Shown here piece by piece: positions 62,395-64,000 of a DNA stretch of 64,000 nucleotides. A program made the translations under genes and the position numbers. The stretch is from Nitrososphaeraceae archaeon. Its GTDB lineage: Archaea > Thermoproteota > Nitrososphaeria > Nitrososphaerales > Nitrososphaeraceae. The stretch is from the NCBI GenBank assembly GCA_044870765.1, contig JBIOZG010000054.1, forward strand, positions 26,361 to 90,360. The letters run 5' to 3'. The notes beneath the pieces are model-generated. The model was not told the origin of the DNA, did not search any database, and worked only from the letters and a program-made list of their open reading frames with translations. Positions within the stretch are counted from its first letter, which is position 1. The number at the start of each line of letters is the position of its first letter.

Positions 62395-63153
62395 TTGAAT
62401 AAACTTTCTTTTGTAATGGCCGTATTGCTAGTTGTGGCCTTTGCAAATACATTTTCTAACAGTTCGTTCTCTCAAAATGCAGTTTTAGGGAATGTAGCGA
62501 AAGATATTTTTGACAACAAAACATTGACTCTTCCCAGTGATGTAAAGAACTTTGTAATTTTGATTCCAAATGAGGCACATGAGTCTCCCCTCTTACCGAA
62601 GGAACAGAGACTTATTAATCAACCATATATTCCACAAAACCTAGTATCTGGTGCTAATACTCAAATTATTTGGTTCTCAGGCGACGTGGGTCATACCCGT
62701 AAGATAACTTTAACTGATGAGAACTCAAAAGAAGTCTATAATTCTAGATTAAAATTTAACACTGCAACTGAGCCACTTCTTTTAAATCACAGTGGCAAAT
62801 TTACTTACTTTGAAAAAAATGCAAACATTCAAGATCCAAAATTTGTCATGGAAGGAAGTATTACAACAACCAATAATGATGTACCTCTAAATTCTAATGA
62901 TAATATGACAGTATCAGAATCACCATTTGATACTATGCTGGTACTTATGGTTCCAACAAACGATATCAAAAAACATATCATGACACTCGTTGACAATAAT
63001 GTAAAAATCATCGATATTTATTCCTTCAAAGACCTTAGAGAAACCGGCGGAGGAGGAGCAAACCAAACTTTGCTTGTGTTAGGAACCAATAATCCACTTG
63101 ATGAGTCAGTCTCTGTGGTTAAGAAAATCACTTCATCATTACCTTATTCTTAG
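62395..63153 (+). CDS. Secreted protein with possible cupredoxin-like fold
   Basis: Signal peptide; YIPQNL..GANTQIIWFSGDVGHTRKI...GKFTYF...MEGSITT resembles a plastocyanin-type strand order. Confidence 0.6.
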   Translation: MNKLSFVMAVLLVVAFANTFSNSSFSQNAVLGNVAKDIFDNKTLTLPSDVKNFVILIPNEAHESPLLPKEQRLINQPYIPQNLVSGANTQIIWFSGDVGHTRKITLTDENSKEVYNSRLKFNTATEPLLLNHSGKFTYFEKNANIQDPKFVMEGSITTTNNDVPLNSNDNMTVSESPFDTMLVLMVPTNDIKKHIMTLVDNNVKIIDIYSFKDLRETGGGGANQTLLVLGTNNPLDESVSVVKKITSSLPYS

Positions 63154-63320
63154 CGCGACTTGTAATCTACTGTGCTTCTCGAGAATACAAGATTAACCAA
63201 TCGATTATCCAGCGAATAAATTCAAGATAGGCAAATCAATCTACCATTTATACAAATCATATAAAGGGCAGTAAAACATACACGTAGAAAACCATATTTA
63301 GATACAAATATCATCAACAC

Positions 63321-63723
63321 ATGTTGCAACAGATAAGGATAGATATGATTGATTTACGGATTATGAAGTTACTATCCAGAGATTCTAGAACTCCTTATAG
63401 GAATATAGCCTCTGCTGTTGGGATAATGCCAAGTGCTGCAAAGGAAAGATTAACAAAATGGTGTAATGCTATTTGTAAATCCTGCAATATTCGGATATGA
63501 AAAGGAGTGTATCTTAATACTTAGAAAAGTAGTGGAGACCCAGGTAATAACTAATTTTTACGTTATGCAGAATACTAGATCAATACCATTAAGCGATATC
63601 GATGACATAGTCATAATGAATCAACATAGAGAATCACAATATCAGGGTAACAGATACCATTTTCGCGGGTCTGGAATGTCATACGGCAATGTACCGCCTT
63701 TATTAAATTCTCTCAGTTACTAG
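63321..63723 (+). pseudogene. Degraded Lrp/AsnC regulator joined to an unrelated fragment
   Basis: IDMIDLRIMKLLSRDSRTPYRNIASAVGI..AAKER HTH, then frameshift, FVNPAIFGY, then unrelated sequence. Confidence 0.7.
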
Positions 63724-63857
63724 TCTAACTAATGACTAATTATCATAACGATTAATTATAAAGAACGTTAAAATGCTGAGAGAATGGAAATTGGTGGGAC
63801 CGTGCGCAATTGCTGGTCTTCAATCGTTAAATCAAATGTTGGCTATACCAATTTTAT

Positions 63858-64000
63858 ATGAATGAAATAATAGACTGGGAAAAGGTCATAAAAAAAGAAG
63901 CAAGGGGACTGGACGACTACGATTTGGGTGAGGTTCAAGAAGTAAATGAAGATATTGTTATAACAAAGAAAGGAGTTGTTGATAAAGATAAGTTTTATCT
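63858..64000 (+). CDS. PRC-barrel-like hypothetical protein (partial, runs off window)
   Basis: IDWEKVIKKEARGLDDYDLGEVQEV...TKKGVVDKDKFY. Confidence 0.7.
   Translation, partial: MNEIIDWEKVIKKEARGLDDYDLGEVQEVNEDIVITKKGVVDKDKFY

Noticed and set aside
1-64000. tRNA, rRNA, integrase, transposase or prophage genes
   Set aside because: No such signatures were found by eye; a tRNAscan-SE or ISEScan run would be needed to exclude them formally.

Overview
AT-rich archaeal genomic segment. The gene content points to a soil ammonia-oxidising archaeon of the Nitrososphaeraceae (inferred from gene families, not from a marker gene). Supporting families are a stand-alone TRAM RNA chaperone, two F420-dependent PPOX proteins, a cytoplasmic histidine kinase, a stand-alone Cache protein, a DM13 protein and many Zn-binding microproteins; TTG starts are frequent and several genes have TATA-like boxes just upstream of the start. 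It is an accessory region of about 75 mostly unlinked CDSs: methyltransferases, MBL and VOC proteins, GH130, PPK2, MFS/CPA2/SemiSWEET/ABC transporters, DsbA/DoxX/thioredoxin, endonuclease V, P-II, and an adenylate cyclase-REC plus kinase pair. I found no rRNA, tRNA, CRISPR array or transposase. Main observations: (1) a nurA-herA pair with no mre11/rad50 (57721-60656), a candidate second or defence-type nuclease-translocase module; (2) a dispersed non-coding hairpin family (CTGGTGGG...CCCACCAG) with conserved flanks and a compensatory base-pair change, two copies of which lie just upstream of nurA; (3) an orphan beta-class DNA methyltransferase whose catalytic half lies in 108 open codons with no ATG/GTG/TTG start; (4) several disrupted genes; (5) several unannotated Zn-finger microproteins. 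All family assignments come from motif recognition by eye and need HMM or structure confirmation.
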